Assembly (NCBI GenBank): GCA_910577935.1
Contig: CAJTOT010000003.1
Location: 7,309 to 71,308 of the forward strand
Direction: 5' to 3'
Source: an uncultured Hungatella sp.
GTDB taxonomy: Bacteria > Bacillota > Clostridia > Lachnospirales > Lachnospiraceae
DNA length: 64,000 bases
Part shown: in pieces, positions 20,089 to 30,260 of the stretch
Layout of the letters: every line of letters begins with the position of its first letter
How positions within the stretch are numbered: position 1 is the stretch's first letter
Translations under genes and position numbers: made by a program
The notes under the pieces: generated by a model
Told to the model about the DNA's origin: nothing
Databases searched by the model: none
Seen by the model: only the letters and a program-made list of their open reading frames with translations

Positions 20089-20160
20089 TGCGTCTGAGAG
20101 GAATCGAACCTCCGCACGCGGCTCCGGAGGCCACTGCTCTATCCACTGAGCTACAGACGC
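20089..20160 (-). tRNA. tRNA-Arg (anticodon CCG)
   Basis: Acceptor GCGTCTG/CAGACGC, anticodon loop CTCCGGA, T-loop GGTTCGATTCC; upstream TTGCAT-17-TATGAT. Confidence 0.95.
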
Positions 20161-20269
20161 ATTACTGTTATCATACTACAATATTGAAAAAGATGCAAGT
20201 AAAAAATTGATTTTTTCCCTCTTTTTTGCTAGAATAGAGCAAGACTTAAAGGCCGGGAGGTACAAAAAC

Positions 20270-21181
20270 ATGGTAAATCGGAGAAGGCCGGGGAGAGGAG
20301 ACCAGGCTGAGGGCGCGCTTGTGAGACTGCTGCGGTTTGGGATCATTCCCGCGGTTGTGATTATATTGATTATAGTCATTGTCCAGCTGGACAAGGGGAA
20401 AGAGACGGGAGGAGACGACTCCTACCTGGATGTGCAGTACGCGGACAAGGGAAAGCTGGAGACAACAGAGGGAACAGGAGAGAACGCGGAGTCCGGGGAG
20501 AGGGGAGACCCGGGGGAAACCGGTGAGGACGGCGGGGAAGCGCTGCCGGCAGGCGGTGATCCGGATGCGGCCGGCGACGGGCGGACAGATGGTGACGGGC
20601 AGGGGGATGGGGACGACAGCGAGGCCGGCGAGGCTGCGGCTGCGGCGGACCCGTCTCAGTTTCCCCTGCAGCAGGACGTCATGCTGGAGCTGACAGGCCT
20701 TGTCCAATCCTACTGCCAGGCGAAAGAGGAGTGTGACCCGGAGCTTCTGGCGTGGGTGTTCGGCATAGATGACTGGTCAGAGGAGGAGAAGGAGGATGAG
20801 CGGGCCAGGATGGAGCTGGTGAAGGCCAGCGTGAAAGGCTATGAGAATATTTCCTGCTATTCGATTCAGGGGCCGGAACAGGACTCCTATGTGATTTTTC
20901 CGTATTATGAGATCCGCTACCGGGAGACAGAGACGCTGATGCCGGCGTTCAGCTGGGGGTATGCGAAGAAAGACGAAAGCGGGAGATACTATATGGTCCA
21001 GGAGGCAGACCCGTCGGTGAACGACTATATCAGGAAAGTGGGCGAGAAGGCAGAGGTGAAGGCAGTGAAGGCGCAGATTCAGGAGCGGCAGCAGGAGGCG
21101 ATTGCCGCGGACCAGGTTTTGGAGAAGATCTATGGCAGCACGGGGGCGTCGGAAGTGATCATCGGCGGTGTAGGAGGCTGA
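20270..21181 (+). CDS. Membrane-anchored hypothetical protein with acidic linker
   Basis: Single N-terminal TM helix, G/D/E-rich linker, globular C-terminus; ATG 20270 behind GGGAGG. Confidence 0.75.
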   Translation: MVNRRRPGRGDQAEGALVRLLRFGIIPAVVIILIIVIVQLDKGKETGGDDSYLDVQYADKGKLETTEGTGENAESGERGDPGETGEDGGEALPAGGDPDAAGDGRTDGDGQGDGDDSEAGEAAAAADPSQFPLQQDVMLELTGLVQSYCQAKEECDPELLAWVFGIDDWSEEEKEDERARMELVKASVKGYENISCYSIQGPEQDSYVIFPYYEIRYRETETLMPAFSWGYAKKDESGRYYMVQEADPSVNDYIRKVGEKAEVKAVKAQIQERQQEAIAADQVLEKIYGSTGASEVIIGGVGG

Positions 21182-21289
21182 GAATATGTTCGCGGGGGAG
21201 AAGATACGGATCTCTTGCAGAACAGGCGCGTATATAAATAGGTATATCAATGGATATCATAAGTGATGACAGGAAATGTGGAGGAGCCA

Positions 21290-22315
21290 ATGAACGTATC
21301 TGAGTTTAATTTTGATTTGCCCCAGGAACTGATTGCCCAGGACCCCCTGGAGGACCGATCTTCTTCCAGACTGTTGGTGCTGGACAAGGAGACAGGAGAG
21401 ATTCGGCACAGAGGATTCAGGGATCTTTTGTCTTTTTTGAGAGCGGGAGACTGCCTTGTAATCAATGACACGAAAGTGATACCGGCCCGTCTCTACGGGG
21501 TGAAGGAGGAGACAGGGGCGCGCATTGAGGTGCTTCTCCTTAAGAGAAAAGAAAAGGATGTGTGGGAGACTCTGGTAAAGCCGGGAAAGAAGGCGCGGCC
21601 CGGCACGGTGATCTCTTTCGGAGAGGGGCTTTTGAGGGGAGAGGTGACGGAAGTGGCGGAGGAGGGAAACCGGCTGATCCGGTTTTCTTATCAGGGAATT
21701 TTTGAGGAGATTCTGGACAGACTGGGTCAGATGCCTCTGCCGCCTTATATTACCCATGAGCTGAGGGATAAAAACCGGTATCAGACAGTCTATGCCAGAC
21801 ATGACGGCTCGGCGGCGGCGCCTACGGCGGGGCTTCATTTTACGGAGGAACTGCTTAAGGAGATCGAGGATATGGGGGTGACCATCGCCCATGTGACGCT
21901 CCACGTAGGGCTCGGAACCTTCCGGCCGGTGAAGGTGGAGAATATCCTGGACCACCATATGCACTCGGAGTTCTACATGGTGGAGGAGGAAGAGGCGGAG
22001 AAGGTCAACAGGGCCAGGAGAGAGGGGGGACGTGTGGTCTGCGTGGGGACGACCAGCTGCCGCACGGTGGAATCCGCGTCGGATGAGGACGGGATTTTGA
22101 AAGCCGGAAGCGGGTGGACGGACATTTTTATTTATCCTGGATATAAGTTCAAAGTCCTTGACTGTCTGGTGACGAATTTTCATCTGCCTGAGTCCACTCT
22201 GGTGATGCTGGTGTCGGCTCTGGCGGGGCGGGAGCATGTCCTCCACGCTTACCAGGAGGCTGTCAGAGAGAAGTACAGATTTTTCAGTTTCGGCGATGCC
22301 ATGCTGATTATGTGA
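21290..22315 (+). CDS. queA: S-adenosylmethionine:tRNA ribosyltransferase-isomerase
   Basis: [49 protein letters not shown]. Confidence 0.97.
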   Translation: MNVSEFNFDLPQELIAQDPLEDRSSSRLLVLDKETGEIRHRGFRDLLSFLRAGDCLVINDTKVIPARLYGVKEETGARIEVLLLKRKEKDVWETLVKPGKKARPGTVISFGEGLLRGEVTEVAEEGNRLIRFSYQGIFEEILDRLGQMPLPPYITHELRDKNRYQTVYARHDGSAAAPTAGLHFTEELLKEIEDMGVTIAHVTLHVGLGTFRPVKVENILDHHMHSEFYMVEEEEAEKVNRARREGGRVVCVGTTSCRTVESASDEDGILKAGSGWTDIFIYPGYKFKVLDCLVTNFHLPESTLVMLVSALAGREHVLHAYQEAVREKYRFFSFGDAMLIM

Positions 22316-22327
22316 AAGAAGGTTATT

Positions 22328-23239
22328 ATGGAAGAGCTTCGTTTAAATAAGTATTTAAGCGATATAGGCGTCTGTTCCCGGAGGGAGGCGGACCGGCTGA
22401 TCCAGGCGGGAAAGGTTCTGGTTGACGGAAAAAGGGCTGTCATGGGCATGAAGGTCTGCGGTAATGAGAAGGTAATCTGTGATGTAAAGACGGTGAGGGC
22501 GGAGATGGGAACGGGGGAGAGCGCTGACTCCGCAGACGGAGACGGAGCCAGGCCGCCGAGAGTGCTTCTGGCGGTGAACAAGCCCAGGGGGGTGGTGTGT
22601 ACCACTTCGGACAAGGACCGCGCCGAGAATATTGTGGAGATGGTGAATTATCCTGTCCGGGTTTATCCGGCAGGGAGGCTTGACAAAGACTCGGAAGGGC
22701 TCATTTTTCTCACCAACCAGGGAGAACTGGTGAATCAGATGATGCGGGGCGCCAACGGCCACGAGAAAGAGTATGTGGTATGGGTAGATAAACCGCTGAC
22801 CAAGGATTTTGTCAAAAAGATGGAGGCGGGTGTCTGTCTGGAGGAACTGGGGGTGACTACCAGGCCCTGTAAAGTCACGGTTACAGGGAGCAGGCAGTTC
22901 CGCATCATTCTCACCCAGGGACTGAACCGGCAGATACGCCGTATGTGCGAGACCTTCGGCTACCATGTCAGAGGGCTTCGCCGCATTCGGATCATGAACG
23001 TGGAACTGGGAGATTTGAGGTTGGGAACCTGGAGACAAGTGACCCGTGAGGAGTATGAGACATTAACAGATATGCTGGGGGAGACACCGGGAAACCGGGA
23101 TGGCAAGCCGGAGAACCGGGCAGGCAGGTTGGAGAACCGGGCAGGCAGGCCGGGAAACCAGGAAGACAGGCCGGGAAACCGGCAACAGGCTGGGAAATCG
23201 AAAAGACAGGCCTCTGCGCCGATGAATCAGGAGGAGTGA
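22328..23239 (+). CDS. rRNA pseudouridine synthase (RsuA/RluF family) with repetitive C-terminal tail
   Basis: S4 domain, GRLDKDSEG, HEKEY, GLNRQIRRM. Confidence 0.92.
   Translation: MEELRLNKYLSDIGVCSRREADRLIQAGKVLVDGKRAVMGMKVCGNEKVICDVKTVRAEMGTGESADSADGDGARPPRVLLAVNKPRGVVCTTSDKDRAENIVEMVNYPVRVYPAGRLDKDSEGLIFLTNQGELVNQMMRGANGHEKEYVVWVDKPLTKDFVKKMEAGVCLEELGVTTRPCKVTVTGSRQFRIILTQGLNRQIRRMCETFGYHVRGLRRIRIMNVELGDLRLGTWRQVTREEYETLTDMLGETPGNRDGKPENRAGRLENRAGRPGNQEDRPGNRQQAGKSKRQASAPMNQEE
23087..23191 (+). repeat. Five imperfect 21-bp tandem repeats (coding)
   Basis: Units like CCGGAGAACCGGGCAGGCAGG encoding PGNRDGK/PENRAGR/LENRAGR/PGNQEDR/PGNRQQA. Confidence 0.85.
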
Positions 23240-23240
23240 C

Positions 23241-25214
23241 ATGGAGCAGAAACTGGAGAGAATGAAGGAACTGGCGGGGATACTGGGAGCGGCCGCGGCC
23301 GCTTACTACGATGAAGACCGGGAGATTATGAGCAATTTTGAATATGACCGGCTTTATGATGAACTGTGTGCCCTGGAGGAGGAGACAGGGACGGTTTTGG
23401 CGGGAAGCCCTACTCAGAAGGTAGGCTATGAGGTGCTGGGCGAGCTCCCCAAGGAGCCCCATCCGTCGGCTATGCTGTCGCTGGACAAGACGAAAGAGGT
23501 GGAGGCGCTCCAGGAATGGCTGGGGGAGCAGACAGGCCTTCTCTCCTGGAAGCTGGATGGTCTCACCATCGTGCTCACCTACGAGGACGGAGAGCTTGCA
23601 AAGGCGGTGACCAGGGGAAACGGGGAGATCGGGGAGGTTATCACCAACAATGCCAGGGTATTTGAGAACATTCCCCTGAAGATCCCGTTCAAGGGAACCC
23701 TGGTGCTCAGGGGCGAGGCGGTGATCAAATATTCTGATTTCGAGAAAATGAATCAGGAGATCGAGGATGTAGATGCCAGATACAAGAACCCGAGAAACTT
23801 GTGTTCCGGCTCCGTGCGCCAGCTGAACAACCAGATCACGGCCCGGCGCCATGTGAACTTTATGGCTTTCGCCCTGGTGCAGGCGGAGGGGGTGGATTTT
23901 GAAAATTCACGGGCCCGGCAGTTCCAGTGGCTTGCCCGGCAGGGATTTCAGGTGGTGGAGCATCAGATGGTTACCAGGGAGACGATGCCTGAGAAGGTGG
24001 CATATTTCGCCCAGGCCATAACCGGCCATGACATTCCAAGCGACGGCCTGGTGCTGACCTTCGACGATATCGCCTACGGGGAGTCTCTGGGGCGGACGGC
24101 AAAATTTCCCCGTAACTCCATCGCCTTCAAGTGGGCAGACGAGATCCGGGAGACCACACTCTCCTATATCCAGTGGAGCCCCTCCAGAACCGGTCTCATC
24201 AATCCGGTGGCGGTGTTTGAGCCGGTGGAGCTGGAGGGAACCACGGTGAGCCGCGCCAGCGTCCACAATATCAGCATTATGGAGGCTCTGGAGCTGGGGG
24301 AGGGTGACTCCATCACCGTGTACAAGGCCAATATGATCATCCCTCAGATAGCAGACAATCTGACCAGGAGCGGGGTGAAGGACATCCCCGGGACATGTCC
24401 CGTGTGCGGCGGGGAGACACAGATCCGCCAGGTGAACGACGTGAAGTCCCTGTACTGCACCAACCCGGACTGCCAGGCGAAGAAGATCAAGAGCTTTACC
24501 CTGCTGGTGAGCCGGGATGCCCTGAATATCGACGGGCTGTCCGAGGCAACCCTGGAGAAATTTATCGGGGCGGGATTTATCAAGGAGTTTGCGGACATTT
24601 TCCATCTGGACCGGCACAAGGAGGCCATCACATCCATGGAGGGGTTCGGACAGAAGTCCTATGACAAGCTGATTCAGGCGGCGGAGGCGGCCTCCCGCAC
24701 CACATTGGTCCGCATGGTCTACGGCCTGGGGGTGGCGGGAATCGGGCTGGCCAACGCCCGGATGCTGTGCCGCCACTTTCAATATGATTTCCAGGCTATG
24801 CGGGAGGCGGACAGCGAAGCCCTGACAGAGGTGGACGGCATCGGCCAGGTTCTGGCAGATGCCTGGTGCAGCTATTTCGCCGTTCCGAAAAATCAGGAGA
24901 CAGTGGATCACCTCCTGGCGGAACTCACCTTCGAGCCCGCCGGGGAGGAGGAGGAATCCGGTCAGTTTGCCGGCATGACCTTTGTGATCACCGGCTCGGT
25001 GGAACATTTTAAGAACAGGAAAGAGCTGCAGAACCTGATTGAGTCCAAGGGCGGCAAGGCCACGGGGACGGTTACCTCCAAGACTACCTATCTGATCAAC
25101 AACAACGTGAACTCTGCGTCCTCAAAGAATAAGAAAGCCAGGGAACTGGGAATCCCCATCCTGTCGGAGGAGGATTTTGTAAAGCTCCTGGAAGGAGAAT
25201 ATCATGCCGATTAA
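23241..25214 (+). CDS. ligA: NAD-dependent DNA ligase
   Basis: MLSLD, KLDG, RGE, NPRN, zinc finger CPVC...C...C, HhH, BRCT. Confidence 0.96.
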   Translation: MEQKLERMKELAGILGAAAAAYYDEDREIMSNFEYDRLYDELCALEEETGTVLAGSPTQKVGYEVLGELPKEPHPSAMLSLDKTKEVEALQEWLGEQTGLLSWKLDGLTIVLTYEDGELAKAVTRGNGEIGEVITNNARVFENIPLKIPFKGTLVLRGEAVIKYSDFEKMNQEIEDVDARYKNPRNLCSGSVRQLNNQITARRHVNFMAFALVQAEGVDFENSRARQFQWLARQGFQVVEHQMVTRETMPEKVAYFAQAITGHDIPSDGLVLTFDDIAYGESLGRTAKFPRNSIAFKWADEIRETTLSYIQWSPSRTGLINPVAVFEPVELEGTTVSRASVHNISIMEALELGEGDSITVYKANMIIPQIADNLTRSGVKDIPGTCPVCGGETQIRQVNDVKSLYCTNPDCQAKKIKSFTLLVSRDALNIDGLSEATLEKFIGAGFIKEFADIFHLDRHKEAITSMEGFGQKSYDKLIQAAEAASRTTLVRMVYGLGVAGIGLANARMLCRHFQYDFQAMREADSEALTEVDGIGQVLADAWCSYFAVPKNQETVDHLLAELTFEPAGEEEESGQFAGMTFVITGSVEHFKNRKELQNLIESKGGKATGTVTSKTTYLINNNVNSASSKNKKARELGIPILSEEDFVKLLEGEYHAD

Positions 25215-26118
25215 AATCCAAAAGGACCTGCCGGCAAAGGCGGTTCTGGAATCTGAAAATATTTTTGTCATGGACGAGGACCGGGCCATGAGACAGGATA
25301 TCCGCCCTTTGGAGATCCTGATTTTGAACCTGATGCCGGTGAAGGAGGAGACGGAGACCCAGCTTCTCAGAGCCCTGTCCAACACGCCGCTTCAGATCGA
25401 CTGCACATTTCTCATGTTGAGCACCCACAAGTCCAAGAACACGTCCGCCAGCCACCTGAATAAGTTTTATGTGCCGTTTTCCGACATCAGCGGGCTGAAA
25501 TACGACGGCATGATTATCACGGGAGCCCCGGTGGAGATGATGGACTTTGAGGAGGTCAATTACTGGGAGGAGCTGTCCATGATCATGGAGTGGAGCAAGT
25601 CCCATGTCACTTCCACCCTCCACATCTGCTGGGGAGCCCAGGCGGGGCTCTATTATCATTTTGGGATTCCCAAGTATAAGAGGGGGAAGAAGCTGTCCGG
25701 CATATACAGACATCAGATTCTGGACAGGAAGGTGCCCCTGGTGCGGGGGCTGGACGACTACATCATGGCTCCTCATTCCCGGTACACCGAGGTGAGGAGA
25801 AAGGACGTGGCCGCCTGTCCGGAACTTCAGATTCTGGCAGAGTCCAGGGAGGCAGGGCTGTTTCTCATGATGAAGCAGGACGGCAGCCAGATCTTTATAC
25901 AGGGACACCCGGAGTATGACAGGATGACCCTGAACAACGAGTACCACAGAGATGTGGCCAAGGGGCTGAACCCGGAGATGCCGTGCAACTACTACGAGGA
26001 TAACGACCCCTTCTCCATGCCTGTGCTGTGCTGGCGGAATATGTCCAACACGCTGTACAGCAACTGGCTGAATTTTTATGTGTATCAGGAGACGCCCTAT
26101 GACCTTACCAACATGTAA
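25204..26118 (+). CDS. metA: Homoserine O-acyltransferase MetA (probably acetyltransferase)
   Basis: ILNLMP, ITGAPVE (Glu here is associated with acetyl-CoA specificity), HICWGAQA, GHPEYD. Confidence 0.93.
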   Translation: MPIKIQKDLPAKAVLESENIFVMDEDRAMRQDIRPLEILILNLMPVKEETETQLLRALSNTPLQIDCTFLMLSTHKSKNTSASHLNKFYVPFSDISGLKYDGMIITGAPVEMMDFEEVNYWEELSMIMEWSKSHVTSTLHICWGAQAGLYYHFGIPKYKRGKKLSGIYRHQILDRKVPLVRGLDDYIMAPHSRYTEVRRKDVAACPELQILAESREAGLFLMMKQDGSQIFIQGHPEYDRMTLNNEYHRDVAKGLNPEMPCNYYEDNDPFSMPVLCWRNMSNTLYSNWLNFYVYQETPYDLTNM

Positions 26119-26128
26119 GCCGGTAAAT

Positions 26129-27001
26129 ATGGAAAAGCGCCCCATGGTGATGATTATCATCGGGGTCATGGGCATATCCTTGTCGGCGATCTTCGTGAAG
26201 TATTCCAAGGCCCCTTCTGTGGTGACGGCGGCCTGGCGGCTTGTGTGGACCGTGGGGCTTATGTCCCCTGTGGTCTGGGGCTTTAAGGAGCGGCGGCAGG
26301 AGCTGCTGAGGACGGACAGAAGAAGCGGGGCGCTGTGCGCCGCCAGCGGAATCTTTCTGGCGCTGCACTTTTGGGCCTGGTTTGAGTCCCTGAAACACAC
26401 CGCCGTGGCCAGCTCCACAGCCATCGTATGCACAGAGGTTATATGGGTTGCTTTGGGGTACTGCCTGTTTCTCGGGGGAAAGATTAGGAAAAAGGCTGCT
26501 GCTGCCATCGCCGTGACTCTGGCGGGGAGCCTGGTCATCGCCTGTTCCGACTCAGGGGAGGGGACGGCGCATCTTTACGGGGATCTCCTTGCCTTGGCAG
26601 CGGCTGTGGCTGTGGCGTGCTACACGCTCATAGGACGGGTGGCCAGAACCACGATGTCCACTGTCGTCTATACATACATTGTATATAGTTTTTCTGCCGT
26701 AACCTTGCTGCTCCTGGCTTGGGCGCAGGGGTATTCTCTGACAGGTTACGGTGCCAGCGGGGCGGTGGCAGGGCTTCTGCTCGCTGTGTTCTCCACGATT
26801 TTGGGCCACAGCATCTTCAGCTGGTGTTTAAAATTTTTGTCGCCGGCCTTCGTGTCCGCTTCCAAGCTGTGCGAGCCTGTGGTGGCGGCCGGATTCGCGG
26901 CCGTGCTTTTTGGAGAGATGCCGGGGCTGCTTCAGGTCATAGGAGGAGCGGTAATCATAGGCGGGGTCCTGTTCTATTCTTCTGTTGAGGCCAGACCGTG
27001 A
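26129..27001 (+). CDS. DMT/EamA family transporter
   Basis: About ten TM helices, GDLLALAAA, LCEPV. Confidence 0.88.
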   Translation: MEKRPMVMIIIGVMGISLSAIFVKYSKAPSVVTAAWRLVWTVGLMSPVVWGFKERRQELLRTDRRSGALCAASGIFLALHFWAWFESLKHTAVASSTAIVCTEVIWVALGYCLFLGGKIRKKAAAAIAVTLAGSLVIACSDSGEGTAHLYGDLLALAAAVAVACYTLIGRVARTTMSTVVYTYIVYSFSAVTLLLLAWAQGYSLTGYGASGAVAGLLLAVFSTILGHSIFSWCLKFLSPAFVSASKLCEPVVAAGFAAVLFGEMPGLLQVIGGAVIIGGVLFYSSVEARP

Positions 27002-27094
27002 CAAATATCAGAAAAAAATGATAATTCTGTTCGAGGAAACAGAAAATCTGTCTGCAGGTGTCCGGCGGGATTACTATTTTTTTATTTTTTGTAC

Positions 27095-27138
27095 TGCCAT
27101 GTCATAGAGATATATAGTATACTTTTTCCATGAGCCCG
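27095..27138 (+). promoter_or_regulatory. Putative promoter of the RNA-repair operon with near-palindrome upstream of the -10
   Basis: TGCCATGTCA (one mismatch from palindrome TGACATGTCA) at 27095-27104; TATACT at 27118-27123. Confidence 0.4.
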
Positions 27139-27180
27139 CAGATGCAGAGCTGTAGGGGAAAGTGAAAGAGAGGTGGAAAG

Positions 27181-29391
27181 ATGAGAATATTATTATTGCT
27201 CAGGGGATCTGCCGGGTGCGGCAAATCCACCTGGATCGAGGAACACGGCCTGAAACCCTATACCCTGTCGGCAGATGACCTCCGGCTTCTGTGCCAGAGC
27301 CCGGTGATGCAGGCTGACGGCACAGTGTCCATCAGTCAGAGCAATGACAAGACTGCGTGGAAGATTCTGTTTACTCTGCTGGAGGTGAGGATGGAGAAAG
27401 GGGAGTTTACGGTAATCGACGCCACCAACTCTAAAACCTCCGAGATCAACCGTTACAAGGACATGTGCGACACCTACAGATACCGCATCTACTGCGTGGA
27501 TTTTACCGGTATTCCCATAGAGGAAGTGAAGAGAAGAAACGCAGGGAGGGAGCCGTTGAAGAGGGTGAGTGACCAGGTCATCGAGAAGATGTACTCCAGG
27601 TTTGCCACCCAGAAGATTCCCTCCGGCGTCAAGGTTATCAGCCCGGAGGAGCTGGACACCATCTGGTTCCCGCCCCGGGATTTTTCCCAGTATAAAAAGG
27701 TTCACCACATCGGGGATATCCACGGCTGCAACACGGCGCTCCAGCAGTACCTGTCTGACAACGGCGGGATGAAGGACGACGAATTCTATATTTTTACAGG
27801 AGATTACATCGACCGGGGCATAGAGAACGCGGAGGTGGTCAATTTCCTCATCTCCATCAAGGACAGGAAAAATGTGTACATGCTGGAGGGGAATCATGAG
27901 AGGTGGCTGTGGTACTACGGCAGCGACGCCAGGGGGCGGTCCAGAGAGTTTGAGCTGGTCACCAGGCGGGAGCTGGACAAGGCGAAGGTCAGCAAGAAAG
28001 ACATAAGGCAGCTGTACAGGAAATTCGGGCAGTGCGCTTACTACAGATACGGGGAGAATATATTCCTGGTGACTCACGCGGGCATTTCCAGGATTCCGGA
28101 GAATCTGTCCCTGGTGGCAACGGAGCAGATGATCAAAGGCGTGGGAGACTATGACGATTCCGAGAAAGTGGCGGACACTTTCTGCCGGACCATGCCGGAC
28201 AATTATTATCAGATTCACGGACACCGGAACACGAAGATGGTTCCCGTGCAGGTCAACGACAGGGTGTTCAACCTTGAGGGGCAGGTGGAGTACGGCGGCT
28301 GCTTAAGGTGCATCCAGGTAGACCAGGAGGGAATTCATGTCTTCGAGACTTCAAACCCGGTGTTTAAGAAGCCGCTGGGTGTGCAGGAAGAGGAGGCAGG
28401 CGGTCCGGCGGACGCCTCGGTGATGGACACTATCGCGGCTCTGCGGGCCAACCGGTATATACGTGAGAAAAAGTTTGATAATATCTCCTCCTTCAACTTT
28501 ACAGACAAGGCCTTTTATGACAGAGCGTGGGATGAGCAGACCACCAAGGCCAGAGGGCTGTACCTTGACACCGTGAAGGGAAAGGTGGCGGCCAGGGCCT
28601 ATGACAAATTTTTCAACGTGAACGAGCGGCCGGAGACCAAGTTTAACATGCTCCAGCATAAGCTTAAGTTTCCCGTGACCGCCTATGTGAAGGAGAACGG
28701 TTTCCTGGGGATTGTAAGCTATGATGAGTACAGAGACGACCTGTTTGTGGCCAGCAAGTCCACCATTGACAGCCAGTTTGCCTTGTGGCTCAGGGATATG
28801 CTGTACGAGAAGGTGCTGCCGGAGAACCTGGAGAGGATGAAGAATTTTGTAAAAGAGCACCGGGTTTCCTTTGTGTTCGAGTGCGTGGACATGGTTCACG
28901 ATCCCCATATCATCGATTATCCCGAGAGCCGGCTGGTTCTCCTGGATATCGTGTCCAACAGGCTGGAGTTTGTGAAATACGAGTACCAGGATATGCTCCG
29001 GGTGGCGGAGAGCATGGGGCTGACCTGCAAGGAGAGGGCAGCCGAGATCGGGGACTGGCAGGAATTTTTTGACTGGTATTACCAGGTTATGGACGAGGAC
29101 TACGAGTATAAGGGTGAAAAGATCGAAGGCTTTGTCATCGAGGACAGCGACGGTTTTATGACCAAGCTGAAACTGTCCTACTACAAGTTCTGGAAATTTA
29201 TGAGAAGCGTGGCCCACGAGGCAGTCAGAAACGGATACATCAGAAAGACCTCGGCGCTGACCACCGCCCTGGCCAATGAATTCTACGGATGGGTGAGAAC
29301 ACTCCACGATGCTGAGGACATTGACAGCGTGCCAAAAGATATATGCACCCTGAGAAAGATGTTCTATGAGGCGAAGGGGAGAAAAGCCTGA
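27181..29391 (+). CDS. Polynucleotide kinase-phosphoesterase-RNA ligase fusion (Pnkp-like, Rnl1-type ligase)
   Basis: P-loop GSAGCGKST, IDATN, RNAGR lid; metallophosphoesterase GDIHG, GDYIDRG, GNHE, THAG, HGH; ligase KARGL..KFFN, KENG (I), FECV (III), EGFVI (IV), KLK (V). Confidence 0.88.
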   Translation: MRILLLLRGSAGCGKSTWIEEHGLKPYTLSADDLRLLCQSPVMQADGTVSISQSNDKTAWKILFTLLEVRMEKGEFTVIDATNSKTSEINRYKDMCDTYRYRIYCVDFTGIPIEEVKRRNAGREPLKRVSDQVIEKMYSRFATQKIPSGVKVISPEELDTIWFPPRDFSQYKKVHHIGDIHGCNTALQQYLSDNGGMKDDEFYIFTGDYIDRGIENAEVVNFLISIKDRKNVYMLEGNHERWLWYYGSDARGRSREFELVTRRELDKAKVSKKDIRQLYRKFGQCAYYRYGENIFLVTHAGISRIPENLSLVATEQMIKGVGDYDDSEKVADTFCRTMPDNYYQIHGHRNTKMVPVQVNDRVFNLEGQVEYGGCLRCIQVDQEGIHVFETSNPVFKKPLGVQEEEAGGPADASVMDTIAALRANRYIREKKFDNISSFNFTDKAFYDRAWDEQTTKARGLYLDTVKGKVAARAYDKFFNVNERPETKFNMLQHKLKFPVTAYVKENGFLGIVSYDEYRDDLFVASKSTIDSQFALWLRDMLYEKVLPENLERMKNFVKEHRVSFVFECVDMVHDPHIIDYPESRLVLLDIVSNRLEFVKYEYQDMLRVAESMGLTCKERAAEIGDWQEFFDWYYQVMDEDYEYKGEKIEGFVIEDSDGFMTKLKLSYYKFWKFMRSVAHEAVRNGYIRKTSALTTALANEFYGWVRTLHDAEDIDSVPKDICTLRKMFYEAKGRKA

Positions 29392-29438
29392 CCTATAAAA
29401 CGCGTAACAAAAAATGCTGATCTGAGGGGAGACACGCC

Positions 29439-30215
29439 ATGCACTATGTATGTTCGGATATTCACGGGAGATGGGAGCGGTATGAGGCTATGGTGGAGGG
29501 GCTGAAGCTTTCAGGGGATGACCGTCTGTATATTCTGGGAGATGTCATCGACCGGGGAGACAGCGGAATCCGCATTTTGCAGCACATAAAGGACCAGCCG
29601 AACATGACGTTTTTCCTTGGAAACCACGAGATGATTCTCTATAATTCCATCTGCATGGCAGATGAGGAGTGGATGGATACATGGCTTCTCAACGGCGGGA
29701 AGAAGACGATAGAAGATTTTGTAAATCTGAACCGGGAAGAGCAGGATGGGCTTTTAGAATTTCTGGAGCAGTCCTGGGCCGTGATGCCCGACCTTGCGGT
29801 GGGAGAAAATCACTATTATCTGGTTCACGCGTTTCCGGACCTGAATTATCTTGAGGAATCTGTGTCTTTTTCCCGGATCATGAGGGAGGAGGGTGGGCCG
29901 AAACGGTTCTATGACATGATGTGGAGCCGGGCAGACCGCATGCTCCGCCGCGGAGAGATAGGTAAGTTAAAGAGGCTGGACACCTTAAAGAAGATGGAGC
30001 GGAAGGTGATCTTCGGCCACACGATCACCACCCGTTTTTTTGAGAACATGTTCCGGGAAAGTTCGGGGCGGAACAGCTGGGACGGGGGAAAACCGAAAAT
30101 CTACTATGGAGAGAATCCTGATTTTACATGTATCGACTGCGGCTGCGCCATGAGAGACGGCAGGGGCTGTCTGGGAGTGCTGCGGCTGGAGGATGGAGAG
30201 GAATTTTATTTCTGA
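29439..30215 (+). CDS. Calcineurin-like phosphoesterase (PPP/lambda-phosphatase-like)
   Basis: SDIHG, GDVIDRG, GNHE, VHA, FGHT, IDCGC. Confidence 0.88.
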   Translation: MHYVCSDIHGRWERYEAMVEGLKLSGDDRLYILGDVIDRGDSGIRILQHIKDQPNMTFFLGNHEMILYNSICMADEEWMDTWLLNGGKKTIEDFVNLNREEQDGLLEFLEQSWAVMPDLAVGENHYYLVHAFPDLNYLEESVSFSRIMREEGGPKRFYDMMWSRADRMLRRGEIGKLKRLDTLKKMERKVIFGHTITTRFFENMFRESSGRNSWDGGKPKIYYGENPDFTCIDCGCAMRDGRGCLGVLRLEDGEEFYF

Positions 30216-30260
30216 TTTCTTTAAAAGAATTTGTAATTTTTCAGACAGGGGGCATGAAAT

